From a virus, in the IMG/VR virus record IMGVR_UViG_3300027754_000045, positions 32,001 through 96,000 of that record: DNA of 64,000 nt. One strand, 5' to 3'. The notes beneath the pieces were generated by a model, which worked only from the letters and a program-made list of their open reading frames with translations, had not been told where the DNA came from and did no database searches. Positions 21,471 through 31,686 of this stretch are shown here, piece after piece. The position numbers and the translations under genes are program-made. Positions within the stretch are counted from its first letter, which is position 1. Each line of letters begins with the position of its first letter.

Positions 21471-22610
21471 ATGGCATCATTCGAAGAGGCATCAACACTT
21501 ATTGCAGGAATGATATCATTTAACGGTTTAATACCTATTTTTGGTATTACTGGTTCTGATGGTAGTTCCGAAACAGAAATAGGTATTATGACGATTCCTT
21601 CGTATAATAACTGGTTGGCTAGACTAAACGATAGTTCATACAAAAATACGGGGCCTACTGGTGCTTGGGCTGGAGAGTGGTGGAGTATCTACAATTATCT
21701 TCAATATGGAGGTATTTGCGTTGTTGGAAGTACGGGGTCTACTGGGGCATATTTCGTACAAAATGGTGTTTTGGATCCTTTAGCTACACCACTACATAAC
21801 GCAAATTTAATAAATATAGATGTTGTTTTTGATGGAGGAAATGCAAATTCTTCTATATCTGCTGCCAGCATAGCAAACACAAGAAAAGATTGTTTAGCCT
21901 TTTTGGGAAACAATAAATTGATGGTTATACCTACTGGTTCTGGATACACGTTTCATGGTAGAGATTTTGGTGTTACCGCTGGTAGTGAATACGTTTGTTA
22001 TTTTGCTGGTCGTAAAAATTCAATCAATGATGTTTCTGTTCCGTCTTCTGCTGACCCGATTAAAACTAGTCCAGGATCAGATGCTGCTGGGTGCTTGGCA
22101 AGAACATTCAGAACAAACAATAGGTGGACTAGTCCAGCTGGAACCACGAGAGGACGAATATTGAGTGTTGTTGCATTAGAACAAACTATTACTGAACCCG
22201 AATCATCAAGTTTGTTATTGGGTGGTGTAAATCCTATAATACCAATTAATAGTTCTGGATATATTTTAATGGGAAACAAAACTAGTTATACTGGAACAGA
22301 AGCACTTAAGAATATTCATACTATAAATTTAATTATATTTTTAAAGAAAGAATTAAAAAATATATTAGACAATTATTTGTTTGAACAAAACAACGAAGAA
22401 ACTCGACTAAATATATCAAATTCAGTAAAACCTATTCTTAACAACATACTGTCTTCTGGTGGTATACTAAGTTATGCTGTTGTTTGTGACTCTGTAAACA
22501 ACACAGATAATATTATATCTCAAGGAAAATTAATAATAGATTTGACCATAAAACAATCAGTAACTGCAGAAACTATAGTAATAAACTTTATAATTGATGC
22601 TAGTATTTAA
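21471..22610 (+). CDS. gp18: Tail sheath protein gp18-like (unusually short, 379 aa)
   Basis: YLQYGG, A..RKDC.A, W.SPAG..RG.I, GVNPI, G.KT, LFEQN.E.TR, VVCD..NNT, AE.I.INF; lies between gp17 and gp19. Confidence 0.85.
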   Translation: MASFEEASTLIAGMISFNGLIPIFGITGSDGSSETEIGIMTIPSYNNWLARLNDSSYKNTGPTGAWAGEWWSIYNYLQYGGICVVGSTGSTGAYFVQNGVLDPLATPLHNANLINIDVVFDGGNANSSISAASIANTRKDCLAFLGNNKLMVIPTGSGYTFHGRDFGVTAGSEYVCYFAGRKNSINDVSVPSSADPIKTSPGSDAAGCLARTFRTNNRWTSPAGTTRGRILSVVALEQTITEPESSSLLLGGVNPIIPINSSGYILMGNKTSYTGTEALKNIHTINLIIFLKKELKNILDNYLFEQNNEETRLNISNSVKPILNNILSSGGILSYAVVCDSVNNTDNIISQGKLIIDLTIKQSVTAETIVINFIIDASI

Positions 22611-22621
22611 AAGGAATTAAA

Positions 22622-23176
22622 ATGGCAGGAAATCATATAACAGACTTTATTACTAAATTTGGTGGTGGCACAAGACAAAACAGATTTCTTGTTTCTGGTA
22701 GTATTGGTGGTAGAGGCACTACTAAATTTTCTGATTTTACAAAAAATCAAATTCATGTCAGAGCAGCTAGCCTTCCTGCTTCTACTATCTCAGTAATTCC
22801 AGTTAATTGGAGAGGAAGAACGGTCAATTATCCAGGAGATAGAGTATATTCGCCATGGCAGATAACAGTTCTAGACGACAAACCAAAGGGCAAAGAAAGG
22901 CTATTTGAAGCATTTCATGCTTGGAGTAATGAAATAAATGATCACGGAACAAACGTTTCTAAATCTTTGGATTTAAAAAATCATTTCAGTACTGATTGGT
23001 CAGTAAGTCATTTAGACACTAATGGAAATACCACAAATAAACGCAATTTTATTTTAAAAAATTGTTGGCCAATTACCATTGGTGAAATTAGCCTAGATAT
23101 GGGAGCGGATAATACTCTTGTTAGTTTTGCAGTGGGTATAGCGTATAGTCACTTTGAATATGATGCAGTAACTTAA
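22622..23176 (+). CDS. gp19: Tail tube protein gp19
   Basis: GG.RQNRF.V, AASLP.S, V.WRGR..YPGDR...W.ITV.DD, WP..IG.I.L. Confidence 0.93.
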   Translation: MAGNHITDFITKFGGGTRQNRFLVSGSIGGRGTTKFSDFTKNQIHVRAASLPASTISVIPVNWRGRTVNYPGDRVYSPWQITVLDDKPKGKERLFEAFHAWSNEINDHGTNVSKSLDLKNHFSTDWSVSHLDTNGNTTNKRNFILKNCWPITIGEISLDMGADNTLVSFAVGIAYSHFEYDAVT

Positions 23177-23195
23177 ATTTGAGGATATAAATATT

Positions 23196-24785
23196 ATGGA
23201 ATTAGAATTATTTGGTTTTACAATAGGCAAAAAAAAGGCACAGGAAAATACTCCTGTAAATCCCGAAGTCATTACTCCCGACAGTTATGATGGTTCTTAT
23301 GTTTTAGAAACTGGTGGAGTTTTTGGAACATTTGCTGATTTTTCTGGAAATGCCAGAGACGAAAATCAATTAATTACTCATTATAGATCTATGGCATTGC
23401 ATCCAGAAGTGGATGCTGCTATTGAGGATATTGTTAATGAGTCTATTGTGCTAGATTTGGACAGAAAACCTATCAAGTTAGATTTAGATAGAGTGAATCT
23501 TTCTGAAGTTATTAAAACTAAAATTTATAGTGAATTCAATCACATATTAAAACTTTTAGATTTTTCAAACAAATCTCATGATATTTTTAGAAGATGGTTT
23601 ATTGATGCCAAGACATTTTATTATAAAAAAATTGATAAAAACGATATTCGAAAAGGTATTATTGAGTTGGTTCCTATTGATCCTGTGAAGATTAAAAAGG
23701 TCAGAAAAGTAGAAAAGGATAAGACTGTTTATGGTGGTGCTGCTCCTTTTTCCCCGATTAAAAGTATTCAAGAATATTATGTTTATACTGACACAGATAA
23801 GGAAGCAAACTTTCCAACAAATCCAACGGGATGGAAAATTGCACCAGATACAATTGCTTATGTTCATTCTGGTATTATTGACTCCACCACAAAACGTGTA
23901 GTTGGTTATTTGCAGAAGGCAGTTCGACCCCTAAATCTTCTTCGGCAGATTGAAGATGCTGTAGCCATCTACAGAATTTCTCGTGCTCCAGAACGACGAG
24001 TATTTTACGTAGACGTTGGTAATTTGCCAAAGCAAAAGGCAGAACAATATCTTCGTGAAATCATGAACCGATATCGTAATAAAACAATTTATGATCCTAG
24101 CACTGGCGAAATCAAAGATGAGCGTAATCATATGAGCATGCTCGAAGATTACTGGATGCCTCGACGTGATGGTGGTCGTGGTACAGAAATCAGCACTCTT
24201 GATGGTGGTCAAAATCTTGGTCAAATGGATGATGTTAATTATCTACTACAAAAGCTTTACCGAGCTCTTGGTGTTCCCCTATCACGCATGATGCCTGATG
24301 GTGGTTTTAATATGGGCAAAAGTGCTGAGATTACTCGTGACGAAGTTAAATTTAATAAATTTGTTGACCGTTTACGACAACGATTTAGCAGTATATTTTT
24401 TGATCTTTTAAAGACTCAAGTAATTCTTAAAGGGTTGATGACTGAAGAAGATTGGAACAGAATTGTTCAAGATATTGGTTTTAAATTTAATAATGATTCT
24501 TATTTTGCTGAACTCAAGAACAACGACATTCTTCGTGAACGTCTAGACATTATTGCTGCTGTGACTCCTTATGTTGGTCGTTTCTTTTCTGCAGAGTATG
24601 TTCGTAAGAATTTCTTGAAACAGACCGATGAGGACATTATTGAAATTGACGCACAGATAAATAGAGAAATGCAGAAACAAATCGAAGCGCAAGAAGCACA
24701 GGCATATCAGCAAATGTTAGCAGGAGAAGAGCCTGGTCAAGAAGAAGAACAACAGCCAGAAGGCGAACAACCACCCCCACAATGA
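23196..24785 (+). CDS. gp20: Portal protein gp20
   Basis: YR.MALHPEVD.AIEDIVNE, IYRISRAPERR.FY.DVGNLPK.KAEQYL, EDYW.PRR.GGRGTEI.TL.GGQNLG. Confidence 0.98.
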   Translation: MELELFGFTIGKKKAQENTPVNPEVITPDSYDGSYVLETGGVFGTFADFSGNARDENQLITHYRSMALHPEVDAAIEDIVNESIVLDLDRKPIKLDLDRVNLSEVIKTKIYSEFNHILKLLDFSNKSHDIFRRWFIDAKTFYYKKIDKNDIRKGIIELVPIDPVKIKKVRKVEKDKTVYGGAAPFSPIKSIQEYYVYTDTDKEANFPTNPTGWKIAPDTIAYVHSGIIDSTTKRVVGYLQKAVRPLNLLRQIEDAVAIYRISRAPERRVFYVDVGNLPKQKAEQYLREIMNRYRNKTIYDPSTGEIKDERNHMSMLEDYWMPRRDGGRGTEISTLDGGQNLGQMDDVNYLLQKLYRALGVPLSRMMPDGGFNMGKSAEITRDEVKFNKFVDRLRQRFSSIFFDLLKTQVILKGLMTEEDWNRIVQDIGFKFNNDSYFAELKNNDILRERLDIIAAVTPYVGRFFSAEYVRKNFLKQTDEDIIEIDAQINREMQKQIEAQEAQAYQQMLAGEEPGQEEEQQPEGEQPPPQ

Positions 24786-25195
24786 GCACCGCAAATAGAC
24801 TAGTCCAGATGATTCTTAGGGGTAAACCCGATCAATTTAATACTGTTATTAAGGAGTATTTGAATGATCGAGCTTCTATTATGATGGAGCAAGTCTATCT
24901 AGAAGAGAGTAAAAATATACTAAAATTATTAGAACCTATTCAAATTCAATTAGAATCATTAAAGCCAGAACCAATTGTAATGACTCAATTTGTCCCTGAA
25001 AATTCATACCAATTACGAGACGGAGCTGTTGGTATTTTGGACGAATCTCAACAAGATTCCGTGGGTAAACTATATAAAAGTCTAAATACTGATAACAGGC
25101 AACGTTTAGTTAAATTACTCTCAGAATCACAAGAATCATTTAATCGCATATTAAATTTAGCAAAAATAGAAAGTACTAAAAATGGAAACAAATAA
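24782..25195 (+). CDS. Hypothetical prohead-associated protein
   Basis: Lies between portal and protease, the T4 gp67/gp68 position; helical. Confidence 0.5.
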   Translation: MSTANRLVQMILRGKPDQFNTVIKEYLNDRASIMMEQVYLEESKNILKLLEPIQIQLESLKPEPIVMTQFVPENSYQLRDGAVGILDESQQDSVGKLYKSLNTDNRQRLVKLLSESQESFNRILNLAKIESTKNGNK

Positions 25196-25601
25196 TCAAA
25201 TTCACTCATTTATTCGACTAGTTATGAACGAAAATCTTGCTCAAGCACAGGGAGTGATTCGTGACACTCTTAATGAAAAATTGAATGCTGCTCTTGATGA
25301 AAAGTTTGAAGCTTATGCTCCTGCTATTTTTGAAGAACTAGATCCTGTCGGAGAAGAAGATGGTGATATTGATAATGATGGAGATGAAGACAAAACCGAT
25401 GGTTATCTAAAGAATCGCCGCAAAACTGTTAGTGCTGCAATAAATGAAGAAGGCGAAGAAGAAGGCGACGAAGGCGGCGAAGAAGAAGGCGAAGAAGGCG
25501 AAGAAGAAACCACTCAATCTGCTCCTCCAGTTCAAAACTCTATGCCTCAGATTATGCCACAATCTGGTGGTTCTAGCTCTTCTGATTCAGATGGATATTA
25601 A
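25182..25601 (+). CDS. Acidic prohead core protein (gp67-like position)
   Basis: Highly acidic; LDPVG.ED.DIDNDGD.D..D.YL.NRR motif; EEG repeats. Confidence 0.55.
   Translation: METNNQIHSFIRLVMNENLAQAQGVIRDTLNEKLNAALDEKFEAYAPAIFEELDPVGEEDGDIDNDGDEDKTDGYLKNRRKTVSAAINEEGEEEGDEGGEEEGEEGEEETTQSAPPVQNSMPQIMPQSGGSSSSDSDGY
25447..25509 (+). repeat. Imperfect GAAGAAGGC microsatellite encoding EEG repeats
   Basis: gaagaaggcgaagaagaaggcgacgaaggcggcgaagaagaaggcgaagaaggcgaagaagaa. Confidence 0.8.
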
Positions 25602-25604
25602 TTC

Positions 25605-26252
25605 ATGAAGCTAATAACCGAAACATCTCAGGACGTTAAATTTCTAACCGAAGCCGCTGATGGTGGAGGAAAGAATTATTTCATTGAAGGTGTCTTTATG
25701 CAATCAGACACACTCAATCGCAACAAGAGAATGTATCCAACTCAAATTCTTATGAATGAAGCTCGTCGTTATGACCGAGAGTATGTTCAAAACAAGAGAG
25801 CATTTGGTGAGTTGAACCATCCAACAAATCCTGTTGTTAATTTGGATCGTGTTTCTCATATAATTCTAGAGTTCAGAAATAGCGGAAAAGATGTTCATGG
25901 TCGTGCAAAAATCATGGGTACTCCGATGGGAGAGATCGTAAAGAGTCTTATCAACGAAGGAGCTAGTCTTGGTGTGTCCACACGAGGAATGGGTTCATTG
26001 AGTCCAAAGAATGGTTACAGCGAAGTATGCAAAGATTTCACTCTTAGTGCAGTGGATATTGTTGCGGATCCTAGTGCTCCTGGTGCGTTTGTAAACGGCA
26101 TCATGGAAGGTAAAGAATGGATTTGGGACAATGGTATTTTGGTTGAACAAGAGATTGAACGATACCACAGAGAACTCAAGAAGACTTCGAGTAGACAATT
26201 AGAGGCAAAGGCAATTAAACTTTTTGAAAATTTTCTAAAACGATTAAAATGA
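25605..26252 (+). CDS. gp21: Prohead protease gp21
   Basis: MKLITE, IEGVFMQ...NRN.R.Y, GELNHP, LGVSTRG.GSL, DIVADPSAP.AFVNGIME.KEW. Confidence 0.97.
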   Translation: MKLITETSQDVKFLTEAADGGGKNYFIEGVFMQSDTLNRNKRMYPTQILMNEARRYDREYVQNKRAFGELNHPTNPVVNLDRVSHIILEFRNSGKDVHGRAKIMGTPMGEIVKSLINEGASLGVSTRGMGSLSPKNGYSEVCKDFTLSAVDIVADPSAPGAFVNGIMEGKEWIWDNGILVEQEIERYHRELKKTSSRQLEAKAIKLFENFLKRLK

Positions 26253-28651
26253 GTAAATCAAAATTCCAATCAGAAAAAGATAAACAACAATCAATATTTA
26301 ATTGTATTGGTTCGATTACTGGCAATTTGTCTGAAGCAGTTATTTCTAATACCAATCCTCTTGTTTTAAATAATAAAAAATCACAACAATCTCCATCATT
26401 TAATCAAACGGCATCTTCGCCAACATTTAATCAGACTGCATCTTCGCCAACATTTAATCAGCCTCAACCTGGAGTACAAGATGTTTGGAATCGGTTATTA
26501 TTACCAAAAAACCCACAACCAGTTGCTCCTGTTGCTGGTGTACAATCTAATATAGAAACAAATAAAACTAGCGGTTTAGGTTCTAGCCCAAATATTAATG
26601 GTGTATCAAAATCAATCAATAATCAATCTCAAACTAAAAAAACATTTAATAAATTTTTCAAAAGTTCGGCAACTAATGGTCAAGATATGGATTTGGCAGA
26701 TCAGATTACATTACATAATAACCGAGTAGCTCAACTTTCAAGAAATCCGTCAAGTCCAAATTTTGTAGGACCTCCAGCCCCAGGCAGAACACAAAGAGAT
26801 ACTATTGGCAATGATGTATTAGGAAATCCTGTAGTTAATGGGGTTCAGATGGATTCTCCGTTTAATAATTCAGCAAAAGTTCCGTTTAAATATGATTTTA
26901 GTGGTGACGCTGCTCCAAATCTTAATCTTAGTTCTAGTGGGAATAAAACAAATCCAGCAGCTCCTGCTGTGGCTCGTTTAGGTTATGGTGCTTCTGTTCG
27001 TACACCAAAAGCAGCATCAACATCTAAAAATGAGCAAACACCAATGCGTGGTGATGAAGATCAAGGAGCATCAGAAACAAATCAGATGATTACTCCTAAT
27101 TATTCAGGTGAAGCACAACATCAAGATATGTTTGCTGGTAGTGGTAGACCTGCAGATACTGATCGTCGTCCAGGAGGAGTAGAAAATGTTGCTGCAGGAA
27201 TTGTTAATAAACAAGATACTATAGGCACTCCTAATACAACTGGTACTGGTATTTTTACATCAAAAACAGGTGACTTTGCGGCTAAATCACAAAATAATAA
27301 TCCGCCATCTAATCCTGGCTTTATGACTTCTCCTCAAGGTGCACCTTCTCCTGAATTACCAAGGAGATCATCTCAAACTGGTGATTTTAAAGTTACTCCA
27401 ACAAATCCTAATACTCCAGCATCTAATCCTGGTTTTATGAGTTCTTCTCAAGGTTCTCCTGTGATTAACAGTAATCAATCTGTAGAACAAAGAGCCGATA
27501 AACAAACTGGAACCAATGGAAGAAATATTGGTGATATGCGAAAAGAAAACGAACAATATGCACAAGCAGCTAGAGATAGAGGAGAACCGCTTATTGGGTC
27601 TCCAGAATGGGTTACTTGGAATAGAGCAAAAAATCAAAAACGTCTTGATGATGCTGGAATTAACCAAACAGTAGATCAGGTAGTTTCTTCGCAAAAGAAA
27701 GAAGAGAGACAGATTGTTAATCCAGATGATTATCTGAAGAGATCTAAGCAAAGAGATGTTGCTGCTCCTTATGGAAGAAATGCTGATGGAAATGTATTAA
27801 CTTTTGACGATTATACCGAGAATCAAACAGTAAAGCTGGTAACGGCAGCAAAGCATGCAGAGCGAAGAAGAGTTGCAAGAGATCAAGCAGATCCTGAAGG
27901 AGCGAAAATAAGAGCTGCCAAGAGCCTGGAAAATTTAGAATTATACGGTAATGATAATAGAGGCAACAGAAATACTGGTGGCGGCGGTGGTGATATAGCA
28001 AACAGAGCTGGAAATCAGCCGATGACGGAAGGTTTTTCAGATGTTCTTGGGATGCTTGGTAAAAGTGCAGTTGTTGCTGCAACAACTCCTTGGGGACAAG
28101 CAACGTCTTATGGTTTAGGTGCTATGGGGGATATAGGATATGATCCTGCGAACGTAAAACAACAAGGAGATCATTATTCCAATATATTATCTGGAGGAGG
28201 TAATTTATCAAAATATTTTATTAATAAAATACCTGGAGCAAAAAATCTACCTCTAATAGATCCTATTGGTGTAGCGGCGGGAGGTGTTCTTAACCAACTT
28301 CCTAAACATTTAGTGCGAATGGCATTTGATCCAAGATCCGAATATAAATCAAACTATAAATCAAACATAGAGACTACAGATACTTCAAAAGAAAATGCTA
28401 AGAAAGAACCAGATACCACAACAGGAACTTCAACAGAACCTTCAACGGAACCTTCAACAGGAACTCCAGCAAAAAAACTAAAAAAACCAGCAAAAAAACC
28501 AGTAGAAACTTCAGAAGGACCTGAGGCGACAGAGACAGGTCGTAAACCAGGAACAGACTCTACTTGGGAAGCTAATGCCAGACTACTAGACACAAATTAC
28601 AAAACTCGAAAAGCAGGAGTCGCAGATGCGGCAAAAATATCACTAGCTTAA
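26249..28651 (+). CDS. 800-aa low-complexity hypothetical protein inserted between gp21 and gp22
   Basis: Long ORF overlapping the gp21 stop; N/Q/P/S/G-rich with internal repeats. Confidence 0.7.
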   Translation: MSKSKFQSEKDKQQSIFNCIGSITGNLSEAVISNTNPLVLNNKKSQQSPSFNQTASSPTFNQTASSPTFNQPQPGVQDVWNRLLLPKNPQPVAPVAGVQSNIETNKTSGLGSSPNINGVSKSINNQSQTKKTFNKFFKSSATNGQDMDLADQITLHNNRVAQLSRNPSSPNFVGPPAPGRTQRDTIGNDVLGNPVVNGVQMDSPFNNSAKVPFKYDFSGDAAPNLNLSSSGNKTNPAAPAVARLGYGASVRTPKAASTSKNEQTPMRGDEDQGASETNQMITPNYSGEAQHQDMFAGSGRPADTDRRPGGVENVAAGIVNKQDTIGTPNTTGTGIFTSKTGDFAAKSQNNNPPSNPGFMTSPQGAPSPELPRRSSQTGDFKVTPTNPNTPASNPGFMSSSQGSPVINSNQSVEQRADKQTGTNGRNIGDMRKENEQYAQAARDRGEPLIGSPEWVTWNRAKNQKRLDDAGINQTVDQVVSSQKKEERQIVNPDDYLKRSKQRDVAAPYGRNADGNVLTFDDYTENQTVKLVTAAKHAERRRVARDQADPEGAKIRAAKSLENLELYGNDNRGNRNTGGGGGDIANRAGNQPMTEGFSDVLGMLGKSAVVAATTPWGQATSYGLGAMGDIGYDPANVKQQGDHYSNILSGGGNLSKYFINKIPGAKNLPLIDPIGVAAGGVLNQLPKHLVRMAFDPRSEYKSNYKSNIETTDTSKENAKKEPDTTTGTSTEPSTEPSTGTPAKKLKKPAKKPVETSEGPEATETGRKPGTDSTWEANARLLDTNYKTRKAGVADAAKISLA
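26390..26461 (+). repeat. 27-bp tandem repeat, ~2.7 copies (SP[ST]FNQTAS)
   Basis: tctccatcatttaatcaaacggcatct / tcgccaacatttaatcagactgcatct / tcgccaacatttaatcag. Confidence 0.85.
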
Positions 28652-28671
28652 TGTTCAGAAATAACAATTAT

Positions 28672-28679
28672 TATAAATA
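28672..28679 (+). promoter_or_regulatory. T4 late promoter TATAAATA (gp22-gp23)
   Basis: Exact consensus, intergenic, with an AAGGA RBS downstream. Confidence 0.85.
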
Positions 28680-28701
28680 AGAAAGACTAAGGAACTAATA
28701 T

Positions 28702-29619
28702 ATGGAACCACAAAATAACAATGTTGCTCAACCGTCTAATGTATTGATTGATGCTCGTACATACACCAAGGATGCTTCTGGTAAAGGAGTTGTTCTTGGT
28801 ACTGAAGATTTGAGCTGGCTTGAGGGTCGTGCTCAACAGAATCAAGGCAGTCTTCGCCCAATGAGCGGAGGCGTAGAAGCTCCACCTCCACAAGGAGCAC
28901 AGGCTGCAATGAACGAACAACTTCAGAATCTTTTTAGTGGTGAAAATCTTTCCGAAGAATTCATGGGCAAGGCTTCAGTTGTATTTGAAGCTGCTCTGAA
29001 CGAAAGAACCGAAACGATTCGTCAAGCCATGTTGACCGAAGCCAGCACTCTTGTGGAACAAGAAGTCGGCAATGCAGTCAATGAACTTGCCACACGTTTA
29101 GATGAATATCTGAGCTATGCTGTGGATGAGTGGATGAAGGAAAACAAGTTGGCTGTGGAGAGCGGTATTCGCACAGAAATTTCTGAAAGCTTTATCAGTG
29201 GTCTCAAGTCGTTGTTTGAAACACACTACATTGAAGTTCCAGAAAACAAGCATGATATTCTTGAGGATCTGTTCTCAGAGAATCAAGAACTAGAAACCAC
29301 ACTGAACGAGCAGATTCAAACAAACATGAAGTTTAAGCAAGAACTTGACCAAGGTGCTGCACGAGCAGTATTCATGGAAGCAGTTTCGGACTTAACTCAA
29401 GTTGACGCAGAGCGTCTTGCTAGTCTTGCAAACAGTATCAACTACACAAGCCCACAAGAATTTCACAACAAGCTTGTGGTACTTAAGGAAAATTATCTCA
29501 AGGCAGCACCAGTTGTTGCAAGAGAACCAGAAACATTGACCGAACAAAAGATTATTCCACAAGCGGATAGTTTGATGTCTGGTTATGTACATGCACTTGG
29601 TCGTCACTCAAAGAAGTAA
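28702..29619 (+). CDS. gp22: Prohead core scaffold gp22
   Basis: LF.GE.LSEEF..KA..FEAA, LD.YL.Y...EW..EN.LA.E.G.R.E..ESF..GLK.LF..HYI.VP. Confidence 0.95.
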   Translation: MEPQNNNVAQPSNVLIDARTYTKDASGKGVVLGTEDLSWLEGRAQQNQGSLRPMSGGVEAPPPQGAQAAMNEQLQNLFSGENLSEEFMGKASVVFEAALNERTETIRQAMLTEASTLVEQEVGNAVNELATRLDEYLSYAVDEWMKENKLAVESGIRTEISESFISGLKSLFETHYIEVPENKHDILEDLFSENQELETTLNEQIQTNMKFKQELDQGAARAVFMEAVSDLTQVDAERLASLANSINYTSPQEFHNKLVVLKENYLKAAPVVAREPETLTEQKIIPQADSLMSGYVHALGRHSKK

Positions 29620-29671
29620 GTAACTAATTTACTATAAATCTAACATTATACTCAAAAGGAGATAAATTAAA

Positions 29672-31096
29672 ATGGATTTCAATCAGAACTCATCGTACGA
29701 CACTTTACTAGAAAAATGGGACCCCCTTCTCAATCACGAGTCGATCCCTTCAATTCAAGATTCATACAAGAAGAAGGTAACTGCCGTCCTCTTGGAGAAT
29801 CAAGAAGTTGCTTTGCGTCAACAATACATCTCAGAAGCCAACACCATGGGTGGTAATTTTACTACTGGTCAAGTTGGTTCCGCAGGTAATCTTGCTGGTT
29901 ACGATCCAATCCTTATCAGCTTGGTTCGTCGTAGCATGCCAAACTTGATGGCTTATGACATTGCAGGCGTTCAGCCGATGAGTGCTCCTACGGGCCTTAT
30001 CTTTGCAATGCGCAGCCGTTATGACGGTACTACTCTTGGCGGAGAAGCTCTCTTCCAAGAACCATACGCAGCATTCTCTGGTTCAGGTAACGGTGCTACT
30101 GGTGCCGCTTCTGGTGTTACAGGTGCTTGCCAAGGCGTAGATCCTTCTTACGGTGGCACAGGTTCACAAGCTGGTGGTAGTGTACTTCGTGCTGACGGTT
30201 TAACCTTTGGTATTCGCAACGCTTCATTTAACATGGGTGCCTTTAGAGGCATGTTAACGGGAGAAGGCGAATCTCTTGGTGGCTCTGGTGCTAGCAAGGT
30301 TTTCCGAGAAATGGGTTTCAGCATTGAACGTATCGCTGTCGAAGCAAAGACACGTGCTCTCAAGGCAGAATACACAACTGAATTGGCTCAAGACTTGAAG
30401 GCTGTTCACGGCTTAGACGCTGAGAGCGAACTTGCTAATATTCTTAGCACTGAAATTCTCAACGAAATCAATCGTGAATTGATCTACACTCTTTATCGTG
30501 TAGCCAAGACTGGTTGTGGTCAAGGTGATCTTTCTACTGCTGGTGTTTACGATCTCAATACGGATTCAGATGGTCGCTGGAGCGCAGAACGCTTCCGTGG
30601 TCTGATGTTCCAAATTGAACGTGAAGCCAACGTCATTGCAAAGGAAACTCGTCGTGGTAAGGGTAACTTTATTGTTTGCTCTTCAGACGTTGCTTCTGCT
30701 CTTGCAATGGGTGGTTTCCTTAATGTCAGCCCAGCACTAAACGTGCAACTTGAAGTTGATGATACTGGCAATACGTTTGCTGGTATTCTTAACGGCAAGT
30801 TCAAGGTTTACATCGATCCTTATGCCAAGACCAATGCCAACTTCGTAATGGTTGGTTATCGTGGAGCAAGTCCATACGATGCTGGCGTGTTCTACTGCCC
30901 ATACGTTCCTCTCCAAATGGTGAGAGCCGTTGATCAGTCAACATTCCAACCAAAGATTGGATTTAAGACTCGTTACGGTATGGTTCAAAATCCTTTTGCT
31001 GATAATGCAGCGGGTATTGATACTGTTGGTTCAAATCAGTACTATCGTATCTTTGCAGTAAGTAACTTGCATGGTAACACAGGTTTCGGACTTTAA
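29672..31096 (+). CDS. gp23: Major capsid protein gp23
   Basis: EKW.P.L, LLENQE, ISLVRR.MP.L.AYD..GVQPM..PTGLIFAMR, ELAQDLKAVHGLDAE.EL, FQPKIGFKTRYG. Predicted gp21 cleavage ISE55^A. Confidence 0.99.
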   Translation: MDFNQNSSYDTLLEKWDPLLNHESIPSIQDSYKKKVTAVLLENQEVALRQQYISEANTMGGNFTTGQVGSAGNLAGYDPILISLVRRSMPNLMAYDIAGVQPMSAPTGLIFAMRSRYDGTTLGGEALFQEPYAAFSGSGNGATGAASGVTGACQGVDPSYGGTGSQAGGSVLRADGLTFGIRNASFNMGAFRGMLTGEGESLGGSGASKVFREMGFSIERIAVEAKTRALKAEYTTELAQDLKAVHGLDAESELANILSTEILNEINRELIYTLYRVAKTGCGQGDLSTAGVYDLNTDSDGRWSAERFRGLMFQIEREANVIAKETRRGKGNFIVCSSDVASALAMGGFLNVSPALNVQLEVDDTGNTFAGILNGKFKVYIDPYAKTNANFVMVGYRGASPYDAGVFYCPYVPLQMVRAVDQSTFQPKIGFKTRYGMVQNPFADNAAGIDTVGSNQYYRIFAVSNLHGNTGFGL

Positions 31097-31123
31097 TCCA
31101 AAACTTAAGTAAATAACGAATAT

Positions 31124-31152
31124 GGGGAGGCCTTAAAAAGCCTCCCCTTTTT
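31124..31152 (+). terminator. Rho-independent terminator after gp23
   Basis: GGGGAGGC-cttaaaaa-GCCTCCCC stem-loop followed by TTTTT. Confidence 0.9.
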
Positions 31153-31156
31153 GTTA

Positions 31157-31164
31157 TATAAATA
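31157..31164 (+). promoter_or_regulatory. T4 late promoter TATAAATA (gp3-uvsY-uvsW)
   Basis: Exact consensus directly after the gp23 terminator. Confidence 0.85.
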
Positions 31165-31168
31165 CTAT

Positions 31169-31669
31169 ATGGCAACAATCCCAGCAACACATAATGCACT
31201 TATAGTCAATTATTTTCAATTTGTTTTGGATAGAGTTCCTAATATGTCATATTTTTGTCAAAGTGCAAACCTTCCAGGAATAGCATTTGGATCAGCAGAA
31301 CAACCAACTGTTTTGGGTCATCCAGTCAAAGTTCCTACAGGAGCATTTCGGTTTGAAGATCTTGAACTGACTTTTCGTGTTGACGAGAATTTAACAAATT
31401 GGAGAGAGATACATAACTGGATTAAAAGTATTGGAAATTATGATTCTGATGAAGACACTCTTCCGTATGATAAAAAAACATCAGATGCTGATTTGTCGAT
31501 AACCAACAGTTCTTATCGTCCAAAAATTAATATACATTTCAAGCACGTATTTCCCATTTCTTTAAGTGGTTTAAATTTTAATACTACTGCTATAGACTCT
31601 ATGGAAATGACTGCTACTGTAAAATTTGCATTTACTGGTTATGAAATTAAAAATTTAGTTACTCCTTAA
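31169..31669 (+). CDS. gp3: Tail completion/tube terminator gp3-like
   Basis: F.F...R.P...YFCQSAN.PG, L..TF.VDE.L.NW.EI.NW, FP.SLSGL.F. Start set at ATG 31169. Confidence 0.88.
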   Translation: MATIPATHNALIVNYFQFVLDRVPNMSYFCQSANLPGIAFGSAEQPTVLGHPVKVPTGAFRFEDLELTFRVDENLTNWREIHNWIKSIGNYDSDEDTLPYDKKTSDADLSITNSSYRPKINIHFKHVFPISLSGLNFNTTAIDSMEMTATVKFAFTGYEIKNLVTP

Positions 31670-31686
31670 TAACAGGAATTTATATT

